The translations under genes were made by a program, and so were the position numbers. A DNA stretch of 64,000 bases from an uncultured delta proteobacterium (GTDB lineage: Bacteria; Desulfobacterota; Binatia; UBA9968). The stretch is from contig CAVTUQ010000001.1 of the NCBI GenBank assembly GCA_963737905.1, positions 64,001 through 128,000 on the forward strand. Direction: 5' to 3'. The notes beneath the pieces were generated by a model. The model worked only from the letters and a program-made list of their open reading frames with translations, was not told where the DNA came from and made no database searches. Positions 1-11,346 of the stretch are shown piece by piece. Positions within the stretch are counted from its first letter, which is position 1; every line of letters begins with the position of its first letter.

Positions 1-151
1 GTTGCTTTGAAAGAGAGCGGAGTAAAAAAGGTCGAATCATGCCGCGATTCAGACACGAATCCGCTATGATGCAATTACGTCACTGTCTCTGCTATCATCT
101 GACCTAAGAACGTCGTGGGATTCCAATCCTAGGAAAAAACAGGCGCTCATT

Positions 152-595
152 ATGGCGGGCATTAAAGGTAGATCGGGACCACCGGGAAATCAGAACAACT
201 TCAAGCACGGGCTATCTGCAATTGAGAAACGACGCGAGTCAGGCTTGATCACCGCACACGAGGACGGCATTCGGACGGAAATCCTGGCTGGGCTGATTCA
301 GGATAAAGGCGGAGAGGTACAGATAAGCACCAGCATGCGGGTGTTGGCCGAGATAATCGCCAGCGATGTTTCTCTGTTGGTCAGCTTCAACCGCGCCATC
401 GAGGCCGTCATCCGAAACAACGCGAAGGCGAGAGAGAATCCCAAGGCGCTGGCACAGCTGGACGGGTACAAGCGCCCGTTGGTGGGCTCCCTGTCGGCGA
501 ACCTCCAGCGGTTTGGCATGGACAGGGTGGCCAAGGTCGAGACGCTGGAAGAAATCTTCAGCGAGGACGATGAAACCGGCGAGAATCCCACATAG
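152..595 (+). CDS. Hypothetical protein with phage small-terminase-like N-terminal motif (copy T1)
   Basis: 147 aa; N-terminal GRSGPPGNQNNFKHG resembles the GxPxGNxNAxKHG motif of many TerS-type proteins; two homologous copies at 18846 and 30813. Confidence 0.6.
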   Translation: MAGIKGRSGPPGNQNNFKHGLSAIEKRRESGLITAHEDGIRTEILAGLIQDKGGEVQISTSMRVLAEIIASDVSLLVSFNRAIEAVIRNNAKARENPKALAQLDGYKRPLVGSLSANLQRFGMDRVAKVETLEEIFSEDDETGENPT

Positions 596-1143
596 GATTG
601 TCCAGAAACGATGAACCAAGCCGGGCTGAAGTCCTGACTGTGCTATTGGATTGTTGTAGCTCTCTTGATCTGGGAAGCCGGACCGTCGGAACCGGAAACC
701 ACCAATTACCCAGTGCCGACGCCCGGCCCAGAGGACAATCACCCGTTCTTTCCGAATTCCCGCCACGCCGTAGAACGGCTCTTTGTCCGAATGTCTTTAG
801 CACCGGCAGCGGTCCCAATCCCAGGCCCATCTGTCCTCCTGAGTTTTGATGGTGGGACCACTATTCAGTCCAGATAGATATTTCAACTTCTCTCTGAGTG
901 TCTCGCCGCATGATCTCAATCTTTCGGTAGTCAGCGGCGGATAACTTTGTTTACACCATCATATCCCCAAGTAGACGTTGGCTTCCAAAAATAAGTTAAC
1001 TTTACGAAAAGGAGCCTTAATTTTCTGCGAATTAGTCGATCCGTACCATCAATCACGTTTGGCATCGGGATTGCCTTGTGTAGTTCGCAGTACACATCTA
1101 CCACGCAAGGGAGGTCAGGTCCTACAGGCAATGGAGGTGACTT

Positions 1144-1272
1144 ATGGTCCACAAGATGATCGTCTCCGCAATCATTGCTGGACTTCTCGGTGGATATATT
1201 GCGCTGCTATACGCGTTTTTCCAGACTGTGGCTCTTATTGATCATTCCTATTTCATGAGTTCCGCAATGTAG
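1144..1272 (+). CDS. Small membrane peptide, 42 aa (MVHKMIVSAIIAGLLGGYIALLYAFFQTVALIDHSYFMSSAM)
   Basis: Hand translation; strong RBS GGAGGTG just upstream; single hydrophobic segment; below ORF-track cutoff. Confidence 0.5.
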   Translation: MVHKMIVSAIIAGLLGGYIALLYAFFQTVALIDHSYFMSSAM

Positions 1273-1594
1273 TGGCAATAAGACTGGACCAAAGTACATC
1301 CTTCTCGGAAGCCTTTTCGGATCGAAAGGATGCGGCTAACGGGCGTACATCCTGACACGGCGGGCGGAGCCAGTCGCGGCATTGACACGCGCAAACTTCC
1401 GCCGGACCGCTGTACGGAATTTGGAAGGGCCGGGTTCCGAGCCTGCCGCCATGACCACGGTTGGTCACCTGACGATGAGCATTTTATTCGCGGCTACATG
1501 AGTTCGACCAGGCTCAGACAACGGGCACAGTAGATGACGAAAATGGAAATCAGCCGAGAGCACAGAGCTTACAACATTCCTAAAGAGAGAGGAA

Positions 1595-1642
1595 TGTGGC
1601 CGGGACAGAATCGAACTGCAACACGAGGATTTTCAGTCCTCT
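1595..1642 (-). pseudogene. tRNA-Phe(GAA) 3' half, degenerate; att-site-like
   Basis: Reverse complement gives GAGGA-CTGAAAA-TCCTC anticodon arm, TTCGA T-loop and acceptor 3' strand; D-arm and 5' half absent. Confidence 0.85.
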
Positions 1643-1756
1643 TACTGTACCGAGACTATGTGTCACCATCGGTCACTATCGGTATCTATTCTAGCGTTTA
1701 GCGGCGGTGCGCTGACTTTCATTTTACCGATTCGAACACATAGTGGCATATAGTTC

Positions 1757-1776
1757 TGGCAAAGTTGTGGCAAAGT
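1757..1776. repeat. Paired 9-bp direct repeat TGGCAAAGT-N2-TGGCAAAGT (integrase arm-site-like)
   Basis: Identical at 20613-20632; inverted versions at 18776-18795, 30743-30762 and 51359-51378. Confidence 0.7.
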
Positions 1777-1818
1777 CAATCAAACCCGTTCGCCCCAAGT
1801 TGTCTCAACCCCAGCCGA

Positions 1819-1863
1819 GTGGGCCGCCGAGACTCGTACTCCGGACCCGCTGATTAAGAGTCA
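1819..1863 (-). pseudogene. tRNA-Lys(CTT) 3' half, degenerate; att-site-like
   Basis: Reverse complement TGA-CTCTTAA-TCAGC GGGTC CGGAG TACGAGT CTC..GCGGCCC; begins in the anticodon stem. Confidence 0.8.
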
Positions 1864-2009
1864 AGTCCAGAACGGACCACCACGAAATATTGACAAGCAG
1901 GGCCAACTATTCGAAGTCCGCTTTCCTTTTTTTCCGACAATGGAAGGTCTATGTTCCGCCCAGGTTCAGGCACAAAACAAGCACAGCCGTGCGTGACGTG
2001 TGAGGAGAA

Positions 2010-3005
2010 ATGAATAAGCGGAAACTCGGTAGCTTTGCTCTATACGCCATGCTCATTGCTCTTGGCTTCCCAGCCGAGGCGCAGCAGCCGAAAAAAATCC
2101 CTCGGGTAGGCTTTCTATTATCGCCCTCCTCATCCGCTGACCCGGAGCGCACCGAAGCATTCCGCCAGGGTCTGCGCCAGCTTGGCTACGTGGAGGGTCA
2201 GAATGTCATCGTGGAATACCGCGATATGCGGGAGGCAAGGTCCACTGAGTATCCCAAGCTAGCTGCTGAGTTGGTCCGCGGTCTCAAGGCGGACCTCATC
2301 GTCGTAGGGGGCGGTACTGGTTTGGCTCGTGTGGCGAAGGAAACGACCAAGACTATTCCCGTCATTATGACAGGCGGTAGCGATCCGGTTGCCGCTGGGC
2401 TTGTTGCCAGCCTAGCGCGGCCAGGGGGAAACATCACAGGGCTAACCGGTATTACCGCAGAGTTAGCGGGCAAACGGCTGGAACTGTTAAAGGAGACCTT
2501 GCCCAGGCTCACCCGCGTCAGCGTGTTCTGGAATCCAGCGGACCAAAGTTCCGACCAGGGCTTTAAAGAGATAGAAATCGCCGCTCCGACATTGGGGTTG
2601 GCGGTTCAATCGCTTCAGGTGCGGAACCCCAGCAATTTCGAGAGTGCATTCAAAGCAGCCATTGCGGGACAAGCTCGCGCTCTCCAAGTTCTGCCGAGTG
2701 GCCTCGTCAATAGTCAGCGGACCCGCATCGTAGAGTTTGCGACAAAGAGCCGATTGCCAACGATGTTCGCGGATGCTTCGCAAGTCGAAGCAGGTGGGCT
2801 TATGTCGTACGGGCCGAACGCTCCTGACTTATATCGCCGCGCGGCTACCTATGTTGACAAGATCCTCAAGGGCGCCAAACCCGCCGATCTCCCGGTGGAA
2901 CAGCCGAAGAAGTTCGAGTTCATCATCAATCTGAAAGCCGCAAAGCAAATCGGTCTGACGATTCCGCCGAATGTGCTGGCGAGAGCCGATAAGGTGATCA
3001 GATGA
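2010..3005 (+). CDS. ABC transporter substrate-binding protein (ABC_sub_bind/COG2984 family)
   Basis: Signal peptide; DPVAAGLVASLARPGGNITG, GGLMSYG and PADLPVEQP motifs; RBS GAGGAG. Confidence 0.95.
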   Translation: MNKRKLGSFALYAMLIALGFPAEAQQPKKIPRVGFLLSPSSSADPERTEAFRQGLRQLGYVEGQNVIVEYRDMREARSTEYPKLAAELVRGLKADLIVVGGGTGLARVAKETTKTIPVIMTGGSDPVAAGLVASLARPGGNITGLTGITAELAGKRLELLKETLPRLTRVSVFWNPADQSSDQGFKEIEIAAPTLGLAVQSLQVRNPSNFESAFKAAIAGQARALQVLPSGLVNSQRTRIVEFATKSRLPTMFADASQVEAGGLMSYGPNAPDLYRRAATYVDKILKGAKPADLPVEQPKKFEFIINLKAAKQIGLTIPPNVLARADKVIR

Positions 3006-3282
3006 GTCGAGAGACATGCATGAGGGCAACGGAGGCTGGCCCACGGAGGACGACCGGACATCGAATTGAGAATGCACCGCTGACTGAACAGAAGTTCCCA
3101 TTGACCCCTGCTCGCGATATACGATGGCGAGACAAACACTTTATTGCCAGTTAAGAGGTCCAACGGAAAAACAACGAGGGAAAATACTCTTGGTCCGAGG
3201 CGCGCTAGGAAAGATGTGCCTCGAATGAGACCAGAGGGTGGCATCCATTAACGTCGAGGGTGATGCTTGGGTGTTACCGAGG

Positions 3283-4140
3283 CTATTCGCTCGCCACCTC
3301 CTTAAACCGACGCAAGGTTTCGATCTGATCATCGAACCTGGGGATGCGATACATAGGATAGAGCATCACTATGTCGGCGCCGAGACGCCGCCAGCCGTCT
3401 GCTCCAGTTGCCCAGTGTTGCGGCTCAGCATCGTGCATGCGCAACCAACCCTCGATGCCAAACTTTGCTGGGTCGCGCCCGAACGACCTGAGCTGTTCAC
3501 GCAGTGCCCCGAGTTTTTCCTCAGCCTGCGCATCAGGTTCGATGATCGGCATCCAGCCGTCTCCGAGCCGGGCGGCTCGTGTCACCGCAGCGTCTGACAC
3601 CCCGCCAAACCAGATCGGGATTGGCCGCTGCACCGGTGGCGGCACAATACTAACCTCATTCAAGTTGTGGAATCGACCGCTGAAGCTCACAAGGTCTTCC
3701 GACCACAGGCGGCGTAGGACCTCGACCTGCTCGGCTTGCCGCGCCCCCCGCGTCTTCCAGTCCATACCGAGCGACTCGTATTCGACGTGGTTCCATCCCA
3801 CCCCGATGCCGAGCCTCAAGCGCCCACCGCTCAGCAGATCGGCTTCGGCCGCCTGTTTGGCAATGACGCCGGTCTGGCGCTGCGGCGCGATTAGCACGCC
3901 GCTCGACAGGCGAATCCTCGTAGTGACCGCTGCGAGGAAACCGAGCGTTACGAATGTTTCGTGGAAGGGGTCTTTCTCATTGTAGCGTGGCGTCCATCCA
4001 TCGCGTGCCGTCGCGCCGAAGACGTGGTCCGGAACTTCTATGTACGCATAGCCCAAACCTTCCGCTGCCTGCGCCCAGTCGCGGATCTTTGCGGGATCGG
4101 TACCGATATCTCGGGTCGGAAAAAACGCATTGAGTCGCAT
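3283..4140 (-). CDS. LLM-class F420-dependent oxidoreductase
   Basis: VPDHV, LSGGRLRLGIGVGW and PIPIWFGG motifs; start placed at MRLNAFFP. Confidence 0.92.
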   Translation of the reverse strand: MRLNAFFPTRDIGTDPAKIRDWAQAAEGLGYAYIEVPDHVFGATARDGWTPRYNEKDPFHETFVTLGFLAAVTTRIRLSSGVLIAPQRQTGVIAKQAAEADLLSGGRLRLGIGVGWNHVEYESLGMDWKTRGARQAEQVEVLRRLWSEDLVSFSGRFHNLNEVSIVPPPVQRPIPIWFGGVSDAAVTRAARLGDGWMPIIEPDAQAEEKLGALREQLRSFGRDPAKFGIEGWLRMHDAEPQHWATGADGWRRLGADIVMLYPMYRIPRFDDQIETLRRFKEVASE

Positions 4141-4363
4141 AGTGCCCTCCGAGTCAGAATCCACTGTTTGTCCACCCATGAATGCTGCCATGACGGCAGC
4201 CACACAGCAACACAAAGTCTCGTTCAGGTGGAGCAGCGAGAACGATGCCTGCCGCTGCGCGCCACGCGCTTAGGACGCCAACCTTCAAACGGCTAACTTT
4301 AAAAGCGGACTGGCCCGTATCCTCATCTTTGGGGCAGACAGTATCCGACAAGGTGGCGTTATG

Positions 4364-7300
4364 TCAGATTGGAAGCGATGATCTCTCAGGTAAGGTAAAA
4401 CTGAAGGTAGAGCCCTTGCCCACTTCACTCTCTACCCAGATCTTACCCCCGTGCAGTTCGACAAACTTCTTGGCCAGCGTTAATCCAAGTCCGGTCCCCT
4501 CGACCTTATGTGCATAGTCGGAGCCCACCTGGCGAAATTCCTCGAATATCTTCGGCTGATCCTCGGGGGCGATCCCGATGCCGGTGTCACTGACCGAAAT
4601 CTCTACCGAACCATCCGCCTGCCTGGCGTTAATTCCAATCCGTCCTCCCTCCGGGGTGAACTTCACCGCATTCGACAGTAAGTTAAGAAGAACCTGTTTG
4701 ATCTTCCTCTCGTCACCCACGAAGTCTCCAAGACGCTCGTCAACTGTAACGTCGAGATTGATGCCGTGCTTTGTAGCCCGCTCGCGTACAAAGGTACGCG
4801 CATTGTCGATTGCCAAGGGGAGATCAAACTCAGCCAGCTCCAGCTCCATTCGGCCAGCCTCCACCTTGGAAAGATCGAGAATCTCATTGATGAGGGATAA
4901 GAGATGGCGGCCAGAGGAAAGAATATCGTCGGTGTACTCCGCTTGTTTCTCGTTCAGCTCGCCGAACAACCTCTCTCCCAGGACTTCAGAGAAGCCGATG
5001 ATGGCATTGAGCGGGGTGCGTAGCTCGTGGGACATGTTGGCGAGGAATTCCGATTTATGCCGGTTGGCAGCCTCAATCTGTTTACTCTTATCCTCGATCT
5101 CACGAAACAGCCGCGCGTTCTGGATCGCCAACACGGACTGGGTCGCAAAGGTCTGAAGCAGATTGATCACTTCCGGTGAGAAACTTCCCGTCCTGCGGCG
5201 ATAGATGGTCAGCCCTCCCATGATCCGATCCTCGCGCAGCAGCGGCACCGCAAGAAGCGAACGATAACCCAGCCGACCAAGCATGGGGCGGAACCGTGCG
5301 GTTGCATACTGCCGCTCATCAAGGACATCGGTGACTTGGACTGGCTCGCGACTGACTGCCGATTGGCCAACCGCGCCCCCGCCCAGTTGGATCGGGCTCG
5401 CTCGAAGCGCGTCTACCAACTCCTTTTCGATCTGATGACTGCCTCTCAGTTGAAACTCCTGCGTGGCCTCATCGTATTCATAAATCGCTCCACCGTCGGC
5501 ACCGCTCAGCTGGACCGCGTGCGAGGCAATGCGGGTCAAGACAGTTTCCAAGTCCAAAGTCGAGCTAACCGCCTGGCCGACTTCTCCTAACGCTTTGAGT
5601 TCTTCTACAGACCGCACCAATTCGCGGGTTCGCGCCTGCAATTCCTGGAACAGCCGCACGTTCTCAATAGCAATCACGGCCTGGTCGGCGAAGATCTTCA
5701 GAAGGTTAATTTGCTTGTCGGCGAATGGACGGACCTCGGCACGGCGGATCAAAATCGCGCCAATTGCAGCTCCTTCCCGCATTAAAGGCGTCACCAATGC
5801 GGTTCTGGTACCCGTTTGCGCCTGAATACTGGATGGATACTCGGTTCCCGCCGCGACGGCCATATCTTCAACGTGAATCGTCCGTCTATCGAGGATCGCC
5901 CGCCCGGCGATTCTATTCCGTTCTACAGGCAATTCTTCCCCTAAAAATACACCGTCGGGGATGGATGGCCCACATACCGCAGCGCGCCGCATGATCGTGC
6001 CGTCTACGCGGTAAACGATCGCGCTCGGCGCGTCGCATAGTCGCGCGGCGCTCTCCGCGATAGCATCGAGCACTGGCTGAATATCCGTGGGTGAACTAGC
6101 GATGACGCCCAGGATTTCACTCGTTGCCGTTTGCTGCTCCAGCGATTCCTTGAGTTCTTGGAACAACCGGACGTTCTCGATCGCTATCACCGCCTGATCG
6201 GCGAAGGTTTCGAGAAGCTTGATCTGCGCCGGGGTGAAGGGGCGAACGTCAACTCGACGCGCACCGAGGGTTCCAATGAGTTCCCCCTGTTGGCGAAGGG
6301 GAATAGACAAGTGGGTCCGCCATCCTACCTCGGAACTCACCAACGGGAATTCATTCTGTGCGAGGACATCGGGAATGTGGAGCGCGCCGTGCTCGCGCAT
6401 CCAGCGAAACCGTGGTGCATCGCTACTGACCTCGACAGTGGGAACGGGGATGGGACCAATGTGAGCCCGCGAAATCATCCTGTTCCCCTCCTGGAGCCGC
6501 AGCGACACATCATCAATCCCACAAACCCGCGCCGCGCTCTCGACAATGGCATCGAGCACCGGCTGCACGTCCGTGGGCGACCGGCTGATGATACCGAGCA
6601 CCTCGGCAGTCGCCGTCTGATGCTCCAGCGCCTCGCGTAGTTCCGCATTGCGCTCGCCGAGTTCCTTGAACAAGCGCACGTTCTCGATGGCGATCACCGC
6701 TTGGTCGGCGAAGGTTTCGAGAAGCTTAATTTGTTTGTCCGAAAAGGGGCGAACTTCGGTTCGGCGAATCAGGATAGCTCCGATTGCGGCCCCCTCCCGA
6801 AGCAAAGGTACAGCCAGGACGGTACGAATACCCAGAGGTTGGGAGAAAGCCCAGCCTTCGGGAAATTCAGCCTGAGCCTCTGGAGTCAAAATATCAACAA
6901 CGTGTACAACCTCCCGGTCCATCATAGCCCTGCCTGGAGGTAGACCCCGGATGAGAGGTCTAGTTACGTCGCGTTGGGCAATAGCCATGGTTCCGTGCGA
7001 GGCCACAAGCCGATAGCCGCTGCCGTCAACACGATAAATGTTGGCATCGGCTGCATCACACAGCCGGGCGGCATTCTCCGCGACCACGTCCAGTACCGGT
7101 TGAATATCCGTCGGCGAACTGGCGATGACACCTAAGATTTCACTTGTGGCGGTCTGCTGCTCCAGCGACTCGGTGAGCTGGCGGTTGCGATCCTGTAATT
7201 CCTGTAATAGCCGGACGTTCTCGATCGCGATGACGGCTTGGTCGGCGAAGGTACTAACAAGCTCGATTTGTTTTTCAGTAAACGCCTCAACCTCGCGCCT

Positions 7301-10300
7301 GCTGAGAAAAAACACCCCGGCGAGGATATCTTCTCTTAGCATAGGCACGCCGAGCATTGTGCGGAAGCCGCCGATTCTCTGATGATCACGCAACTGATAG
7401 TCCGGGTCAGCTAGCGCGTCGAGGATATGAACTGGTCGGCGCTCGATCTCGACCCGGCCCACGAGCGAAGCTCGCCCACGCGGGATGGGGTTCTGTTGAA
7501 CGAACTCTCCGAACTCAGCGGGAACTCCGAAGTCCGCCGCCCACCTATGGACCTCGCCGTCAAATCTCAAGATAAACCCTGTGTCGGCACGACAGAGCCT
7601 GGCGGCATTTTCGACGAGCGTCGTGAGTACCGGCTGCAGGTCGAACGCGGAGCGGCTAATTACCTTCAGAACTTCGCTGGTCGCGGTCTGCTGGTCCAGA
7701 GCCTCGGTCAGGTCACGGTTTCTTACCTGCAATTCCCTAAACAGCCGCACGTTCTCGATGGCGATCACGGCCTGGTCTGCGAAGGTCTTTAGCAAGGCTA
7801 TCTGCTTATCTGAAAATGGGCGCACTTCCGTTCGACGGATGACAATAGACCCGATCGCTATACCCTCTCGCAGCAGTGGCGTGGCAAGAACAGATCTACC
7901 TCCCGAAATTTGAAAAAGGTTGCGAGCGTCCGGAAACTCAGTTTCGATCACCGCAGCCATGTCATGAACATGAACAGTCTTCTGGTCAATGACAGCCCGG
8001 CCCCCTGGAAAACCGCGACTGGTTTTTCTGGAATCTGCTGCTGCAATCGGTCCAAACTTCGCAGCGGTCCGAAGGTTATCGCCATCGACGCGAAGGATCA
8101 GAGCGTCATTCGCCTCACACAGCCGCGCGGCATTTTCTGCAACCACATCCAACACGGGCTGGATGTCGGTCGGGGAGCTAGCGATCACGCCAAGAATCTC
8201 GCTTGTGGCAGTTTGCTGCTCCAACGACTCCTTGAGTTCTTGAAACAACCGCACGTTCTCGATGGCGATCACGGCCTCGTCGGCAAAGGTCTCAAGGAGC
8301 TTGATCTGCGCCGGAGTAAAGGCGCGCGCCTCGATGCGGCGTGCGTTCATCGTTCCAATGAGTTCCCCTTGCTGACGAAAGGGAACGATTAAGAGAGTTC
8401 GCCGACCGACAACGGAACCCAACAATGGAAAATCATTCTGAGCACGGACATCCGGAATATGGAGTGTGCCATGCTCGCGCATCCAGCGGTACTGCGGCTC
8501 TTCAATACTGATCTCGCCGCGACTAACGGGTATGGGACCAAAATGAGCCCGCGAAACCAAAACGTTCCGCTCGCGCAGCCGCAGCACCACGTCATCAATC
8601 CCACAAACCTTTGCCGCGCTCTCGACGATGGCGTCAAGGACGGGCTGCACATCCGTCGGCGAACGGCTGATGATGCCCAGCACCTCGGATGTCGCTGTCT
8701 GATGCTCCAGCGCTTCACGCAATTCAGCATTGCGTTCCTGAATCTCTTTGAACAACCGCACGTTCTCGATGGCGATCACTGCTTGAGAAGCGAAGGTCTC
8801 AAGCAATTTTATTTGCCGCTCGCTGAACGGCCGGACTTCTTTGCGGCGGATATAGAGCGCGCCGATCGACACGCCTTCGCGTAGCAATGGCGCCACCAGC
8901 GCTGTGCGAACTCCCATGGCGACTCCGCGGGTCTGAGCGTCGGGAAAATTGGATTCGGCCGCTGCGAGGTCATGTACATGGATAGTTTCCCGGTCGAGAA
9001 TAGCTCGACCCACCGGCCCTCCACGCCTAAGCGAGTCGGAAGTTTGTTCGCGGACGGGCATTGAGCCATAACTCGCGACTCTTTCATGAGAATCCCCGTT
9101 GACCCGGAAGATCAGGGCATCGCTCGCGTCGCAGAGCTTCGCGGCATGCTCCGCCACCGTATCCAACACCGGTTGCACGTCGGTTGGCGAACTGGCGATC
9201 ACTCCCAAGATTTCACTCGTCGCTGTCTGCTGTTCCAATGCCTCCTTGAGTTCTTGGAATAACCGAACATTCTCAATCGCGATGACCGCTTGGGCGGCAA
9301 AACTCTCGACCAATCTGATCTGCTGTTCGGTAAAGGGCTGGACTTTGAGCCGGCGAATGTGGATGAGTCCGAGCGGTTTGCCGTCATGCACCAAAGGAAC
9401 CGCCAGCGCAGTGCGAACCCCAAGGGCTATCCCTCGCTCCTTAGCACCGGGGAAATCCACTTCGGCTTCCATGAGGTCGTGAACATGAAATGTACGACCC
9501 TCTTTTACCGCTCGTCCGGCAAATCCGCCGTGCTCAATGGGAGCCTGCGTTCCAACCTCGTTTATCAGACGAATGGAACCAAAATGTGCCACGGTCTCTA
9601 AAAAAGGCCCTTCGACGCGCCGGATCACCGCATCGTCAGCGCCGCAAAGGCGGGCGGCATATTCTGCGATTGTGTCTAGGACGGGCTGTATATCCGTTGG
9701 GGAGCTGGCGATTACGCCCAAGATTTCGCTCGTCGCCGTTTGTTGCTCCAGCGAGTCTTTGAGTTCTTGGAATAACCGAACATTTTCAAGCGCGATCACC
9801 GCCTGGTCGGCGAAAGTTTCAAGAAGCTTGATCTGCGCCGGTGTGAAGGGGCGCACCTCGGTTCGACGCGCACTCAGCGATCCAATGAATTGCTCTTGCA
9901 GACGAAGAGGAGTGACCAAGGAAGTGCGAAACCGGTACCTGACGGCACCCAGCATTGGAAAATCGTTCTGCGCGGCTCGGGCGTCAGGAACATGAAGGGT
10001 GCCATGCTCGTGCACCCAACGAAACTCTGGCGCGTCAATACTGATCTCCGCTAGGCGCATAGCCATGGGACCAAAATGAGCTCGTGCAACCATTAGAGTT
10101 CCCCTCGCGGAGTCGCAGCACCACATCATCAATTCCACAAACACGGGCCGCGCTTTCGACGATCGCGTCGAGCACCGGCTGCACGTCCGTGGGCGAGCGG
10201 CTGATGATGCCGAGCACCTCGGCGGTCGCCGTCTGGTGCTCCAGGGCCTCGCGCAGCTCTGTGGCAGTCGCCGCCTGGTGCTCCAATGCGTCGGCGAGCT

Positions 10301-10475
10301 GCTGGTCACGCTCCTGCAATTTTTTAAGAGCTGTGTTCTCCCGCTGCAAAGATTCGGTGAGTTGCTGGCGTAGCTCCGCAATCGTCTGCCCTCGTTTAGC
10401 CAGAGTCGTTTTCACCACCGCACGATGTGGTTTTGCCTTGGTATTCTTAGGGCCTTTTTTGGTCGGCGTTACCAT
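4364..10475 (-). CDS. Cytoplasmic sensor histidine kinase with 10 tandem GAF domains; one frameshift near 10097
   Basis: Ten [19 protein letters not shown] ends; H-box [13 protein letters not shown] and HATPase motifs. The true N-terminus is ORF 10035..10475 (homologous to the 29470 start), joined by a 1-nt indel. Confidence 0.93.
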
Positions 10476-10656
10476 AAATGCAAAAAGACCGAAGCCAGGT
10501 TGGTTGGTCGGGGAAATTATACTTATGACAGGAGCGGGTTACCCCGTCGCAACAGGTAGATCCCCCGGCGACTGGAGTTGATTCTTACTTCAGGTGGTTG
10601 GTGGCGTCAAGGAAAGACGGTCTTGACGCACTCATTTGAAACGCGCTGTGGCCCGG

Positions 10657-11256
10657 TCAGCTGTAGCGCCTTGATGTGTCTGCGCTTCTGAGTACGTTCT
10701 CGATCCGTCGATCCGGTATGAGCCACAGCAGCGCACCGAATACATACAGGCCCAAGGAGATCCATTGCCGCCAGAAGGCCAAAGGAATGGCCGCGGCGTA
10801 AAGCACCAGCGACAGCTTGCCCTTCCAATCGCCGGCGATAGCCTTTTTGAGAATTGAGTCGGGACCCTGCGACGCAATGATCAGTTGTTGCAATATCAAG
10901 TATGCGACCGCGGCCATCAGAAGCACAACACCGTAGAGCGCTGATGGTGCAGCCGCGAAGTGGTTCTCACCCATCCAGCCTGTCGCGAAGGGTATGAGGG
11001 ATAGCCAGAACAAGAGATGCAGATTCGCCCATAGCATCGGCCCCGTGACTTGTTGACACGCATACAGCATGTGGTGGTGGTTATTCCAATAGATACCCAG
11101 GTAGACGAAGCTCAGAACGTAGCTCAGGAATACGGGGATCAATGGCACCAACGTCTCGATGCCCTCGCCGTGGGGCACCTTCATCTCCAACACCATGATG
11201 GTGATGATGATGGCGATCACGCCATCACTGAACGCTTCAAGCCGATTCTTTCCCAT
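10657..11256 (-). CDS. TMEM175 family (DUF1211) potassium channel-like protein
   Basis: RLEAFSDGVIAIIITIMVLE signature; several TM helices. Confidence 0.93.
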   Translation of the reverse strand: MGKNRLEAFSDGVIAIIITIMVLEMKVPHGEGIETLVPLIPVFLSYVLSFVYLGIYWNNHHHMLYACQQVTGPMLWANLHLLFWLSLIPFATGWMGENHFAAAPSALYGVVLLMAAVAYLILQQLIIASQGPDSILKKAIAGDWKGKLSLVLYAAAIPLAFWRQWISLGLYVFGALLWLIPDRRIENVLRSADTSRRYS

Positions 11257-11328
11257 GCAGAATGACACTCCCGCTCAAAGGAACTTCCACTTTACAAAAA
11301 TGGCTACCGCGGATGAATGGTCATCAAT

Positions 11329-11346
11329 GGGGTCAAGTATGGAGTT
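11329..11346 (-). repeat. Y1-transposase end motif (reverse complement AACTCCATACTTGACCCC)
   Basis: 18/18 identical to 50360-50377 and 54002-54019. Confidence 0.75.

Noticed and set aside
558-830. Minus-strand ORF with a strong AGGAGG RBS downstream of T1
   Set aside because: Translation unrecognisable and possibly frameshifted; not enough support to call
3101-3108. TTGACCCC after the first binding-protein gene
   Set aside because: Not conserved in the homologous spacer at 23850 and lacks the extended motif; likely chance
5640-9850. Regularly spaced DNA repeats as a possible CRISPR array
   Set aside because: About 500-bp period, in-frame GAF linkers; no short unique spacers or cas genes
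4578-10581. Many + strand ORFs over the first kinase (and likewise 24080-29519 over the second)
   Set aside because: Antisense shadows of GC-rich repetitive coding sequence; they repeat with the GAF period
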